A stretch of DNA of 59,686 nt, taken from the NCBI GenBank assembly GCA_030616085.1, contig JAUWYA010000001.1, positions 74,692-134,377 on the forward strand. The letters are read 5' to 3'. Within the stretch, counting starts at the first letter, position 1. The number at the start of each line of letters is the position of its first letter. The notes beneath the pieces are model-generated. The model ran no database searches. It was not told the DNA's origin and was given only the letters and a program-made list of their open reading frames with translations. This stretch comes from Candidatus Nealsonbacteria bacterium (GTDB lineage Bacteria; Patescibacteriota; Minisyncoccia; Minisyncoccales; GWA2-38-27). This document shows positions 1 to 7,754 of the stretch, one piece after another. The position numbers were made by a program, and so were the translations under genes.

Positions 1-1
1 T

Positions 2-247
2 TATGCCCAAAAGCCGACTCTCCACGGTTATGTTAACGGTGGTTTTATGGTTTTTAATAGAAAATTCTTTGATTTCTTAAAACCAGGAAATATGATTGAA
101 GATACTTTTCCAGAATTAGCCAGTCAAAACCAGTTGGCTGTTTATAAACATCAAGGTTTTTGGTATGGTATGGATACTTATCGGGAGTATTTAATTTTAA
201 ATAAACTTTGGAGAGAAAATCCAAAGTGGAAAATATGGAAAAACTAA
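2..247 (+). CDS. rfbF: glucose-1-phosphate cytidylyltransferase, C-terminal fragment (5' end lies outside the window)
   Basis: Frame 2 is open from the window edge. The tail ...VNGGFMVFNRKFFDFL...YKHQGFWYGMDTYREYLILNKLW...WKIW matches the conserved C-terminus of RfbF/DdhA CDP-glucose pyrophosphorylases (GFWxxMDT motif). Confidence 0.75.
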   Translation, partial: YAQKPTLHGYVNGGFMVFNRKFFDFLKPGNMIEDTFPELASQNQLAVYKHQGFWYGMDTYREYLILNKLWRENPKWKIWKN

Positions 248-1170
248 CAAATATTTTAGTAACTGGCGGAGCTGGATTTATTGGGAGTCATTTAGTAGAT
301 AGATTAATAAAACAAAATCATAAAGTAGTGGTGATTGATAATTTGTCTTCTGGGAAAAAAGAGAATATAAACCCAAAAGCTAAGCTCTATAAAATTGATA
401 TTAGAGATTCAAAAATCTCCCAAATTTTTGAGAAAGAAAAACCGCAAGTTATTTTTCATTTAGCTGCTCAGTCCATTGTTGATATTGCTTATAAGAATCC
501 TTTAGAAACAATACAAACAAATATTATAGGCACAGCTAATATTTTGGAGGCCTGCAGGATAAAAGGGGATTTAAAATCTATAATAATAGTGTCTTCGGAT
601 AAAGCTTACGGCAAAGCCAAAAATCTGCCATACAAAGAAGAGGATCCTCTTTTAGGCGATCATCCTTACGATTTTTCAAAAACCGCTTCTGACTTATTAG
701 CTCAAACATATTTTAAAACCTATAACATGCCTATTGCTATAACCAGATTTAGCAACGTTTTTGGCTCCAGAGATTTTAATTTCGGTAGAATTATTCCGGA
801 TGTTTTTGAATCAATTATAAAAAATAAACAGCTTTTAATAAGAAGTAACGGCCAAATGATTCGGGAATATACTTATGTGGATGATATAGTGGATGGCTGT
901 ATTAAATTGAAAGAAAATATAGAAAAAATTAAAGGAGAGGCATTTAATTTTGGAAGCAAAAATATCTTCAACGTTATTAACCTTATTAAAAAAATAGAAC
1001 AAATATTAAATGTGAAGGTTAATTATAAGATATTAAATATTGCTAAAAATGAAATCCCAGAACAATATCTTGATTACACAAAAGCGGAAAAACTATTGGG
1101 TTGGCATCCTCAAACAACTTTTGAACAAACAATAAAAGAATCATTCAATTGGTACAAAGTTAATTTATGA
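235..1170 (+). CDS. rfbG: SDR-family NAD-dependent sugar dehydratase, CDP-glucose 4,6-dehydratase-like
   Basis: Rossmann motif VTGGAGFIGSHL, then SSDKAYG, YDFSK (YxxxK) and RFSNVFGSRDFNFGRIIPD, which resembles the RfbG/DdhB signature (SDKCY ... NVIGGGDW..DRIVPD). It sits directly after rfbF. I prefer the ATG at 235 over the ORF-track start at 208 because it reduces the overlap with rfbF. Confidence 0.65.
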   Translation: MEKLTNILVTGGAGFIGSHLVDRLIKQNHKVVVIDNLSSGKKENINPKAKLYKIDIRDSKISQIFEKEKPQVIFHLAAQSIVDIAYKNPLETIQTNIIGTANILEACRIKGDLKSIIIVSSDKAYGKAKNLPYKEEDPLLGDHPYDFSKTASDLLAQTYFKTYNMPIAITRFSNVFGSRDFNFGRIIPDVFESIIKNKQLLIRSNGQMIREYTYVDDIVDGCIKLKENIEKIKGEAFNFGSKNIFNVINLIKKIEQILNVKVNYKILNIAKNEIPEQYLDYTKAEKLLGWHPQTTFEQTIKESFNWYKVNL

Positions 1171-1916
1171 AAATTACATTTCTTGGAACAAATGGCTGGT
1201 ACGATACTGACACCGGCAATACTATCTGCACCCTTATAGAAACAGAGGATTGTTTTATTATTCTTGATGCTGGTAATGGTTTTTATAAATTAGATAAATA
1301 TATCAAAAATGATAAACCGATTTATCTTTTCTTAAGCCATTTTCATTTTGACCATATTGTCGGCTTACATTGTAAAAATAAATTTAATTTCAAACAAGGA
1401 ATTAAAATATATGGACAAAAAGGTACAAAAGATATTCTTAATAAAATAATTAACCAGCCCTTTACGCTTCCTCTTCAACATAAAGAAGTACTATTCAATA
1501 TAGAGGTTTATGAACTTCTTGAACAAGCAAATACTTTGCCTTTTTCTGTAAAATCTAAACCTTTATTGCATTGGTCTCCTTGTTTAGGTTTTCGTTTTGA
1601 ATTTGAAGAAAAAATAATTAGTTATTGTATAGATACTGGCCCATGCGAGAATCTTATAGAATTAGCTAAAAATGCTGACTTACTTATTGCGGAATGCTCT
1701 TTTAGAATTAATGAACATCATGAAGGTCTTGCCCACTTAAATCCAGGAACTGCTGCTAAAATTGGCCAAGAAGCAGAAGTCAAAAAATTGGCCTTAACCC
1801 ATTTTGATGCTTATAGATATCAAACCTTAGAACAAAGAAAAAAAGCAGAAGAATTTGCAAAAAAGATATTTCCTAATACAATTGTGGCAATAGACGATAT
1901 GCAAATTGAAATATAA
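1167..1916 (+). CDS. MBL-fold metallo-hydrolase (RNase Z/beta-lactamase-like)
   Basis: Metal-binding motif SHFHFDH, later HxxxD/H residues, and about 250 aa, typical of the family. ATGA overlap with the upstream gene. Confidence 0.75.
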   Translation: MKITFLGTNGWYDTDTGNTICTLIETEDCFIILDAGNGFYKLDKYIKNDKPIYLFLSHFHFDHIVGLHCKNKFNFKQGIKIYGQKGTKDILNKIINQPFTLPLQHKEVLFNIEVYELLEQANTLPFSVKSKPLLHWSPCLGFRFEFEEKIISYCIDTGPCENLIELAKNADLLIAECSFRINEHHEGLAHLNPGTAAKIGQEAEVKKLALTHFDAYRYQTLEQRKKAEEFAKKIFPNTIVAIDDMQIEI

Positions 1917-1921
1917 TAAAA

Positions 1922-1946
1922 AAGCACTCATATGTTATGAGTGCTT
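1922..1946. terminator. hairpin between convergent genes (bidirectional terminator-like)
   Basis: AAGCACTCATA-TGT-TATGAGTGCTT, an 11-bp perfect stem. The A-tract on the left gives a U-tract for the minus-strand transcript. There is no U-tract for the plus-strand reading. Confidence 0.55.
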
Positions 1947-1969
1947 GGAAGAGCTGATTATTTTCAGCA

Positions 1970-2482
1970 TTATTTCCAGCCAATGGCCCTTTTTAAGAAT
2001 TCCTTGTGGCTAGGAAGCATATCTTCCGGAACATTATCAAACCACTTGCCTTTTATTGGATTCACAGCCAGCTCAACCAGAAAAACAGTTCCAAGAGTAT
2101 GACCTCGAGTATCAACGCCGCCAGTGAGTACTCCAGTGAATTCTAATCTTTTTACATCTACATGGAGCTCTCTATTGATAACCTTGCGTACAGTTTGCTC
2201 GTAATCATCTCCAAACCGGATATAACCACCTGGGAAATGCGAGCCCTGATAATGTTCGTCATGTCTAGGCGTAACTAATATCCTATCTGGATTGTCAATA
2301 TTATCCACCACAATTGCTTCAATACAAGTTTGAGGCACCACTCTGATAATAGCATTAAAAAGCTCTGTGCCAATGCCTTTCTCAGGATCTTCAATGCGTT
2401 CCAAAGCACGAGCAGCCACTTCTTTCAATTCATCTTGAGACAACTTTGAAAAATCAAAATCCAAAATTTCATGTACATTCAT
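1970..2482 (-). CDS. Nudix-fold hydrolase, GDP-mannose mannosyl hydrolase (WcaH/Gmm)-like
   Basis: HFPGGYIRFGDDYEQTVRKVINRELHV is a degenerate Nudix box. Start moved to the ATG at 2482 (MNVHEILDF), which is preceded by AAAGGAAAG. The ORF-track start at 2515 is a TTG. Confidence 0.65.
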   Translation of the reverse strand: MNVHEILDFDFSKLSQDELKEVAARALERIEDPEKGIGTELFNAIIRVVPQTCIEAIVVDNIDNPDRILVTPRHDEHYQGSHFPGGYIRFGDDYEQTVRKVINRELHVDVKRLEFTGVLTGGVDTRGHTLGTVFLVELAVNPIKGKWFDNVPEDMLPSHKEFLKRAIGWK

Positions 2483-2593
2483 TTTCTTTCCTTTCAAAAT
2501 CAGATAATATTGCAATTTAGATAAAAAGAACTATGTTTAGCATTATAAATAAATATTCAAAAAAGTCAATAAAAAATAATTTAAAAATAGTTT
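2483..2593. promoter_or_regulatory. divergent intergenic region, presumed to hold promoters for both Nudix genes
   Basis: A 111-nt, very AT-rich gap between divergently oriented genes. Candidate hexamers (TTGCAA-N16-TATGTT on +) are weak, and no element can be fixed with confidence. Confidence 0.25.
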
Positions 2594-3085
2594 ATGAATA
2601 TAAATGAAGCAATAGAATTTTTAGATAAACAAGTTCCAAATCCTTCAGAGGGTTTGCCAGATGAGGTGTTTTATTATATCAGCAGAACAACTCCGTTGGT
2701 AAATGTTGATTTACTGATAAAAGATGAAAAAGGCCGGACGCTTTTATCCTGGAGAGATGACCAATATACTGGGAAAGGATGGCATGTGCCTGGCGGGATT
2801 ATAAGATTTAAGGAAAAACTTGAAACAAGAATTCAAAAAGTGGCAAAAAATGAAATTGGCGCCGCAGTTAAATTCGACCCGGTTCCGATTGCTATTAATC
2901 AAATAATGTGCAGAAACAATACGAGAGGTCATTTTATATCAATATTATATAAATGTTTTCTTACGAATAAATTTATTCCTAAAAATAAAAATCTAACAAA
3001 CAAAGATCCAGGGTATCTTAAGTGGCATACTACTTGTCCTGACAATCTGTTGAAATTTCATGAGATTTACAGGAAGTTTCTATGA
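2594..3085 (+). CDS. Nudix-fold hydrolase, WcaH/Gmm-like (paralog of 1970-2482)
   Basis: GWHVPGGIIRFKEKLETRIQKVAKNEIG is a degenerate Nudix box with the same architecture as the divergent neighbour. Confidence 0.65.
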   Translation: MNINEAIEFLDKQVPNPSEGLPDEVFYYISRTTPLVNVDLLIKDEKGRTLLSWRDDQYTGKGWHVPGGIIRFKEKLETRIQKVAKNEIGAAVKFDPVPIAINQIMCRNNTRGHFISILYKCFLTNKFIPKNKNLTNKDPGYLKWHTTCPDNLLKFHEIYRKFL

Positions 3086-4878
3086 ATAAAATAAGAGTAG
3101 CCGATTATATTTTTAAATATTTAGCCGATTATGGAATTAAACATGTTTTTTTGGTAGTCGGCGGCGGCGCTATGCATTTGAACGATGCATTGAGAAAAGA
3201 GAAGCGGATTAAACATATCTGCACCCATCATGAGCAGGCGGCTGCAGTTGCAGCTGAGGGGTATGCCAGGACACAAGAGGGATTGGCAGTGGTTAGTGTA
3301 ACTTCCGGCCCTGGAGGAACCAATGCTTTAACAGGAGTTATTGGACAGTGGCTTGATTCTGTTCCAGTATTATACTTGTCTGGCCAAGTAAAATATGAAA
3401 CAACAATTGCGTCTGTTCCTGATAACAACCTACGTCAATTAGGCGATCAAGAGATTAATATAATTGATATTGTCAGGCCAGTGACTAAATACGCAAAGAT
3501 GATAACTGATCCAAAGACGATAAAGGTCGAATTAGACAGGGCTATTCATATTGCTACTTCAGGAAGGCCGGGTCCAGTATGGTTGGATATACCGTTGAAT
3601 GTTCAGGGGGCATTGATTGACGAGCAGAGTTTTCAAAACGAGAGTATAAATAACGTTTTGCCAGAGATAGAAGATAAGACTATTTCTGCAGTTATCAAAG
3701 AGCTGCAAAAAGCCAAGAGACCATTGTTAATCGCTGGTCATGGTATTAGAATTTCAAAAGCTAAAGAACAATTTCTGAAATTAGTTGACTTGTTGGACAT
3801 TCCAGTTGTAACAACCTTTAATGGTTTTGACTTAATTCCTTCCAAATCAGATAATTTTGTCGGCAGAATAGGAACATTGGGCAGCCGCGCAGGAAATTTC
3901 GCGCTGCAAAACGCGGATCTTGTTATTTGTCTTGGAACCAGAAATAATATCAGGCAGGTTAGCTATAATTGGCCTTCGTTTGCCAGGCATGCGAAAAAAA
4001 TTATTGTTGATATTGATGATGCTGAATTGCATAAGAAAACAGTAAAAGGCGATTTTTTGATTCGTTCTGATGCGAAAGTTTTTATAACTAAGTTGTTGGG
4101 AAAAATTTCTGATGGTTTTAAGATTGATAAAACATGGCTTGAATGGTGTTTAACGCGCAAGAAAAAATATCCTGTTGTTTTAGATAAATATAAAATTCCA
4201 AATGAACATTGTGTTCATCCTTACCATTTTATTGAAGAATTGACAGCCGTATTAGATGATAATGTTATTGTGGTTGCGGGAAATGGAACGGCATGCGTTG
4301 TTTTGTTTCAGGCCGGTGCTGTCAAAGCGGGACAGCGTATTTTTTGGAATTCAGGTTGCGCGGCAATGGGGTATGCTTTGCCTGCATCTATGGGCGCGGC
4401 TTTGGCAGGGAATCGGGACGTAATTTGTATTACAGGAGATGGTAGTATTCAGATGAATCTTCAGGAGCTGCAAACTATTAAGCACTATAATTTGCCTGTG
4501 AAAATATTTATTTTAAATAATCAGGGTTATCGCTCAATTGAGATGACGCAGACAAAATTTTTTAATGGTGAGTTTATTGGCTGCAATAAAGAATCGGGTA
4601 TTTCTTTCCCAGATTTTTCCAAACTTGCGGATTTATATGATTTGAAATATTACAGAATAAATTCAACCATCAAGATGCGAGAAGTAATTAAGAGAGCTTT
4701 ATCTTATAAAGGAGCGCTGATATGCGAAGTTGTTTTGAATAATCGCTATATCTTTGCTCCTAAGCTGTCATCAAAAAAAATGCCTGACGGACGCATAGTA
4801 TCCAAACCATTAGAAGATCTTTCTCCGTTTCTTGATCCGGATGAATTTAAAACCAATATGATAATTCCTTTGCTTTAA
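3082..4878 (+). CDS. thiamine-diphosphate-dependent enzyme, acetolactate-synthase-large-subunit fold, YerE-like candidate
   Basis: 598 aa with the full three-domain ALS-like layout: N-terminal Pyr domain (HEQAAAVAAEGYAR, TSGPGGTNA) and a C-terminal PP domain with the ThDP-binding motif GDGSIQMNLQEL...LNN. ATGA overlap with the upstream gene. Confidence 0.8.
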   Translation: MNKIRVADYIFKYLADYGIKHVFLVVGGGAMHLNDALRKEKRIKHICTHHEQAAAVAAEGYARTQEGLAVVSVTSGPGGTNALTGVIGQWLDSVPVLYLSGQVKYETTIASVPDNNLRQLGDQEINIIDIVRPVTKYAKMITDPKTIKVELDRAIHIATSGRPGPVWLDIPLNVQGALIDEQSFQNESINNVLPEIEDKTISAVIKELQKAKRPLLIAGHGIRISKAKEQFLKLVDLLDIPVVTTFNGFDLIPSKSDNFVGRIGTLGSRAGNFALQNADLVICLGTRNNIRQVSYNWPSFARHAKKIIVDIDDAELHKKTVKGDFLIRSDAKVFITKLLGKISDGFKIDKTWLEWCLTRKKKYPVVLDKYKIPNEHCVHPYHFIEELTAVLDDNVIVVAGNGTACVVLFQAGAVKAGQRIFWNSGCAAMGYALPASMGAALAGNRDVICITGDGSIQMNLQELQTIKHYNLPVKIFILNNQGYRSIEMTQTKFFNGEFIGCNKESGISFPDFSKLADLYDLKYYRINSTIKMREVIKRALSYKGALICEVVLNNRYIFAPKLSSKKMPDGRIVSKPLEDLSPFLDPDEFKTNMIIPLL

Positions 4879-4922
4879 TTTGAAAATTATGTTATTATTC
4901 AAAATAAAAAAGTTCTTTAAAA

Positions 4923-4930
4923 AGGAGGTG
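4923..4930 (+). promoter_or_regulatory. Shine-Dalgarno sequence for the HAD gene
   Basis: AGGAGGTG lies 6 nt upstream of the ATG at 4937. It is the strongest SD-like sequence in the window. Confidence 0.6.
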
Positions 4931-4936
4931 ATAAAA

Positions 4937-5701
4937 ATGATAAAAGGCATTGCTTTTGATTTAGACGGCACACTTTACTATGGCAATAAAGTTATAGAGG
5001 GCGCCTTAGATACGGTAAATACTTTGATAAATTTAAATTATCAGATACTTTACTTTACAAATAATTCCGGGAAGACGCAGCAGCAGATTATTGACAAATT
5101 AAAAGGCTTTGGTTTTCGAGCAAATATGCAGAATACATATTGCTGTTCATACGTTATTTGTTCCTACCTGATGGAAAAGAAAATTACGTCTGTTTGCTTA
5201 ATAGGCACTGATGATTTAAGGAGCGATTTAGAATCTCATAACATCAGAGTTGAGAATTCTTTGGCCGTATCTGCGGTGGTCGTGGCTTTTGATTCATCTT
5301 TAAGTTATGACAAGATAACAATGGCGCTGGAGGCGATAAATAATGGGGCTAAATTAATAGTCGCCAACACAGACCCTTCTTATCCCATAGAAAACAATAG
5401 AAGATTACCTGGTTGTGGAGCTATGGTTGGCGCAATTGTCGGCGCAACATGTCATACCCCTGATTTTATTGTCGGCAAACCAAACACATACATGCTTGAA
5501 TTGCTTTGTAAAGAGCATAATTTTTCTTCGAAAGAAATTTGTATAGTGGGAGACAGTCCTGAAAGTGATATTAAAATGGCAGATAATTTTCAATGTCAAA
5601 GCATACTTTTTGACTCCGAGGACGCTTTCCCGACATTTTCAGGCAATAAAGTAAAAAGCCTGCATGAAGTTATTTCATTAATCAATAAGAAAGGAGATTA
5701 A
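4937..5701 (+). CDS. HAD-IIA family phosphatase (NagD-like)
   Basis: Motif I is FDLDGTLY and the late motif is VGDSPESDI. Start placed at the ATG at 4937 behind the strong SD. The ORF-track start at 4880 is a TTG with a lysine-rich leader. Confidence 0.75.
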   Translation: MIKGIAFDLDGTLYYGNKVIEGALDTVNTLINLNYQILYFTNNSGKTQQQIIDKLKGFGFRANMQNTYCCSYVICSYLMEKKITSVCLIGTDDLRSDLESHNIRVENSLAVSAVVVAFDSSLSYDKITMALEAINNGAKLIVANTDPSYPIENNRRLPGCGAMVGAIVGATCHTPDFIVGKPNTYMLELLCKEHNFSSKEICIVGDSPESDIKMADNFQCQSILFDSEDAFPTFSGNKVKSLHEVISLINKKGD

Positions 5702-5705
5702 AAAA

Positions 5706-6491
5706 ATGAACGTACTTGAATACAAAATGGTGGATATACTTAAAGTGTTAAAGAATGAGTATGGTGTTTTTGAGATTAAAGCTGAATTTGAGGCCGAAGG
5801 GAGCCGGATGGAGGAAATGATGCGCCTTAAAGATGTCACCACTTTTGTGGGATTACCGATTATATTAAAGACCGGTGGCGTAGAGGCGGTCACAGATGTA
5901 TATAACGCACTGTCAATAGGCGTGAAAGGACTTATTGCTCCCATGGTTGAAACTCCGTTTGCCTTGTCAAAATTCCTGGCTCTCATAAAAAATATGATTG
6001 CCGAGGATAATAGGAAAGATATTGAATTCGCTTTTAATTTGGAAACTATAACAGCTTTTCAAAACATAGATAAGATGTTTGAACTACCCGATGTTCCAAT
6101 GTTAACCGGAGTAACTGTCGGAAGGGTTGACTTAACTGGGTCTATGGGCTTAGGAAGGGAAGCCATTAATACATCCAGCGAAGTGTACAGCATTTGCGAA
6201 AAGGTTATGTCAAAAGCTAAAAAAAGAGGGCTTAAGACAGGTTTGGGCGGAGGTATTTCAAAAGAGGCCATACCGATTATAACAAAATTGACTAAAAGCA
6301 AATTGCTTGATAAGTTTGAAACGCGCAAGGTCGTATTTCCGGCTGCTTCTTGTAAGTATGGAAACGCCGCGATATTAAAGGCGGTTGAATTTGAGCTTTT
6401 ATGGCTTAAGAGCAAGCGAAGGTATTACTCGCGTGTCAAAGTTGAGGATGAAAATAGAATAACAATGCTTGAGAAAAGACTTAAGCAATAA
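5706..6491 (+). CDS. HpcH/HpaI aldolase / citrate-lyase-beta family protein
   Basis: The LIAPMVETPFA motif and TIM-barrel-length protein (261 aa) are typical of the class II pyruvate aldolase / CitE-like superfamily. Confidence 0.6.
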   Translation: MNVLEYKMVDILKVLKNEYGVFEIKAEFEAEGSRMEEMMRLKDVTTFVGLPIILKTGGVEAVTDVYNALSIGVKGLIAPMVETPFALSKFLALIKNMIAEDNRKDIEFAFNLETITAFQNIDKMFELPDVPMLTGVTVGRVDLTGSMGLGREAINTSSEVYSICEKVMSKAKKRGLKTGLGGGISKEAIPIITKLTKSKLLDKFETRKVVFPAASCKYGNAAILKAVEFELLWLKSKRRYYSRVKVEDENRITMLEKRLKQ

Positions 6492-6496
6492 TTTTA

Positions 6497-6528
6497 AAAC
6501 CCCGAGATACAAAAGTACCTCGGGGTTT
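6497..6528 (+). terminator. stem-loop after the aldolase gene (weak intrinsic-terminator candidate)
   Basis: AAACCCCGAGATAC-AAAA-GTACCTCGGGGTTT, 13 of 14 positions paired. The T-run is only 3 nt and lies inside the stem. Confidence 0.4.
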
Positions 6529-6540
6529 CAATTCTATATT

Positions 6541-7695
6541 ATGAATAATAATTGCCATTTATGTAACAATAAATTATTTCCTGATCCAGTTCTACAATTA
6601 AAGGGGATGCCAAAAGCTGCTCAATATTATCCAGAAAAAAATGAGTTTGCAGAAGATATTGGTATACTTTTAACTATCTGGCAATGTTCAAGCTGTGGTT
6701 TGGTCCAGCATACTATGAGACCAGTGGAGTATTTTAAAGAGGTAATTACCGCTGCTTCATTATCAGAGAAATCCAGGTTGTCCAGATTGAATCAAATAAA
6801 AGAGTTTGTTAACAGGTTTGGATTACATGGCAAAAAGGTTTTAGATATTGGCAGCAATAAGGGTGATATGATAGATGTTTTGGAGGAGGCGGGTTTAATA
6901 GCGACAGGAATTGAGGCTTCACAAAAATCAGTAGAAATAGGAAAATCTTTAGGAAGAAAAATGATTAAAGGCTATATCGGGGATATAGATGAAATAGAAG
7001 GCGGTTTATTTGATGCATTTATTTCTTTAAATTACATTGAACATTTGCCTGAACCAGGTCGTATTATCAGAAACATATATAAAAATACTTTTGCTAATTC
7101 AATGGGATTTGTAACAGTTCCTAATTTAGAGTATTTATTAAAAACAAAATGTTTCTATGAATTTGTCGTTGACCACATTTCATATTTTACCAAAAAAACA
7201 CTGACATACGCTTTTGAGGCAAATGGTTTTGATGTGTTAGAATGTCAAACCATTAATGAAGAAAACGATATTGCAGCAATAGTAAGAAAGAAAGAGGCCC
7301 TAGATATTTCTGGACATTTCAATGAAGTTGAAGAACTTATTAAAAATTTACAACAAATTGTAGCTGACTACAAATCAAAGAATAAGAAAGTGGCGGTTTG
7401 GGGAGCAGGCCACAGAACATTGGCATTGTTAGCTTTAAGCAAAGCGAATAATATTGAATATATAATTGATTCCGCGAAGTTCAAGCAAGGAAAATACGCC
7501 CCTATCTTGCATTTAAATATAGTGTCTCCAGAGCATTTGAAGAAAAAAAAGGTTGATTTAGTAATAGTTATGGTGCCCGGACTTTATCCTAGCGAAGTGT
7601 TAAAAACGCTGGCACAGATGAATGTCGGCGTGGAAGTCGCAACGCTTTGCGAAAACAAAATTGAGTTTATCCCGTTAGAAAACTCTGCCCTTTAG
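6541..7695 (+). CDS. NDP-hexose C-methyltransferase-like protein (Zn-ribbon + class I SAM MTase + C-terminal C-methyltransferase domain; TylCIII-like)
   Basis: N-terminal CHLCNN...CSSCGLVQH zinc ribbon, SAM motif VLDIGSNKGD, and a C-terminal VAVWGAGHRTLALL Rossmann-like domain. Start set at MNNNCHLC (6541), downstream of the hairpin. Confidence 0.7.
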   Translation: MNNNCHLCNNKLFPDPVLQLKGMPKAAQYYPEKNEFAEDIGILLTIWQCSSCGLVQHTMRPVEYFKEVITAASLSEKSRLSRLNQIKEFVNRFGLHGKKVLDIGSNKGDMIDVLEEAGLIATGIEASQKSVEIGKSLGRKMIKGYIGDIDEIEGGLFDAFISLNYIEHLPEPGRIIRNIYKNTFANSMGFVTVPNLEYLLKTKCFYEFVVDHISYFTKKTLTYAFEANGFDVLECQTINEENDIAAIVRKKEALDISGHFNEVEELIKNLQQIVADYKSKNKKVAVWGAGHRTLALLALSKANNIEYIIDSAKFKQGKYAPILHLNIVSPEHLKKKKVDLVIVMVPGLYPSEVLKTLAQMNVGVEVATLCENKIEFIPLENSAL

Positions 7696-7733
7696 GGCGG
7701 TTGGGTTGAAAACCCCGCCTTTTCTAACGGGAT
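7669..7733. repeat. palindromic element, copy 1 (arms ATCCCGTTAGAAAA / TTTTCTAACGGGAT)
   Basis: Perfect 14-bp inverted arms at 7669-7682 and 7720-7733 enclose a 37-nt spacer that contains its own hairpin. The left arm encodes the last codons (IPLEN) of the C-methyltransferase. Confidence 0.8.
7694..7724 (+). terminator. intrinsic-terminator-like hairpin after the C-methyltransferase gene
   Basis: GGCGG..GGTT-GAA-AACC.CCGCC followed by TTTTC. It lies inside the spacer of palindromic element copy 1. Confidence 0.45.
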
Positions 7734-7754
7734 TTATTAAAAATTAATAATTCA

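Noticed and set aside
2563-2575. Shared AAAGTCAAT/AAGTCAAA motif in both divergent control regions (near 2563, 20399 and 20426) as a lineage-specific -35-like element.
   Set aside because: Only the 20428 copy has a properly spaced -10 (TAAAAT). The 2565 copy would put the transcription start inside the coding region. Three short AT-rich matches are not enough to call a motif.
3082-6491. Phosphonate biosynthesis reading (ThDP enzyme as phosphonopyruvate decarboxylase, aldolase-like protein as PEP mutase).
   Set aside because: The ThDP protein is a full three-domain, 598-aa ALS/YerE-like enzyme rather than the shorter Ppd type. The neighbour shows an HpcH/CitE-like APMVET motif rather than an isocitrate-lyase/PEP-mutase signature. 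No AEP transaminase of the expected class is adjacent.
7669-7733. Reading the CCCGTTAGA...TCTAACGGG palindromes as integron attC sites.
   Set aside because: attC sites run RYYYAAC ... GTTRRRY. Here the GTT-containing half comes first and the AAC-containing half last on either strand, because the unit is its own reverse complement. There is no intI gene and no cassette-like gene organisation in the window.
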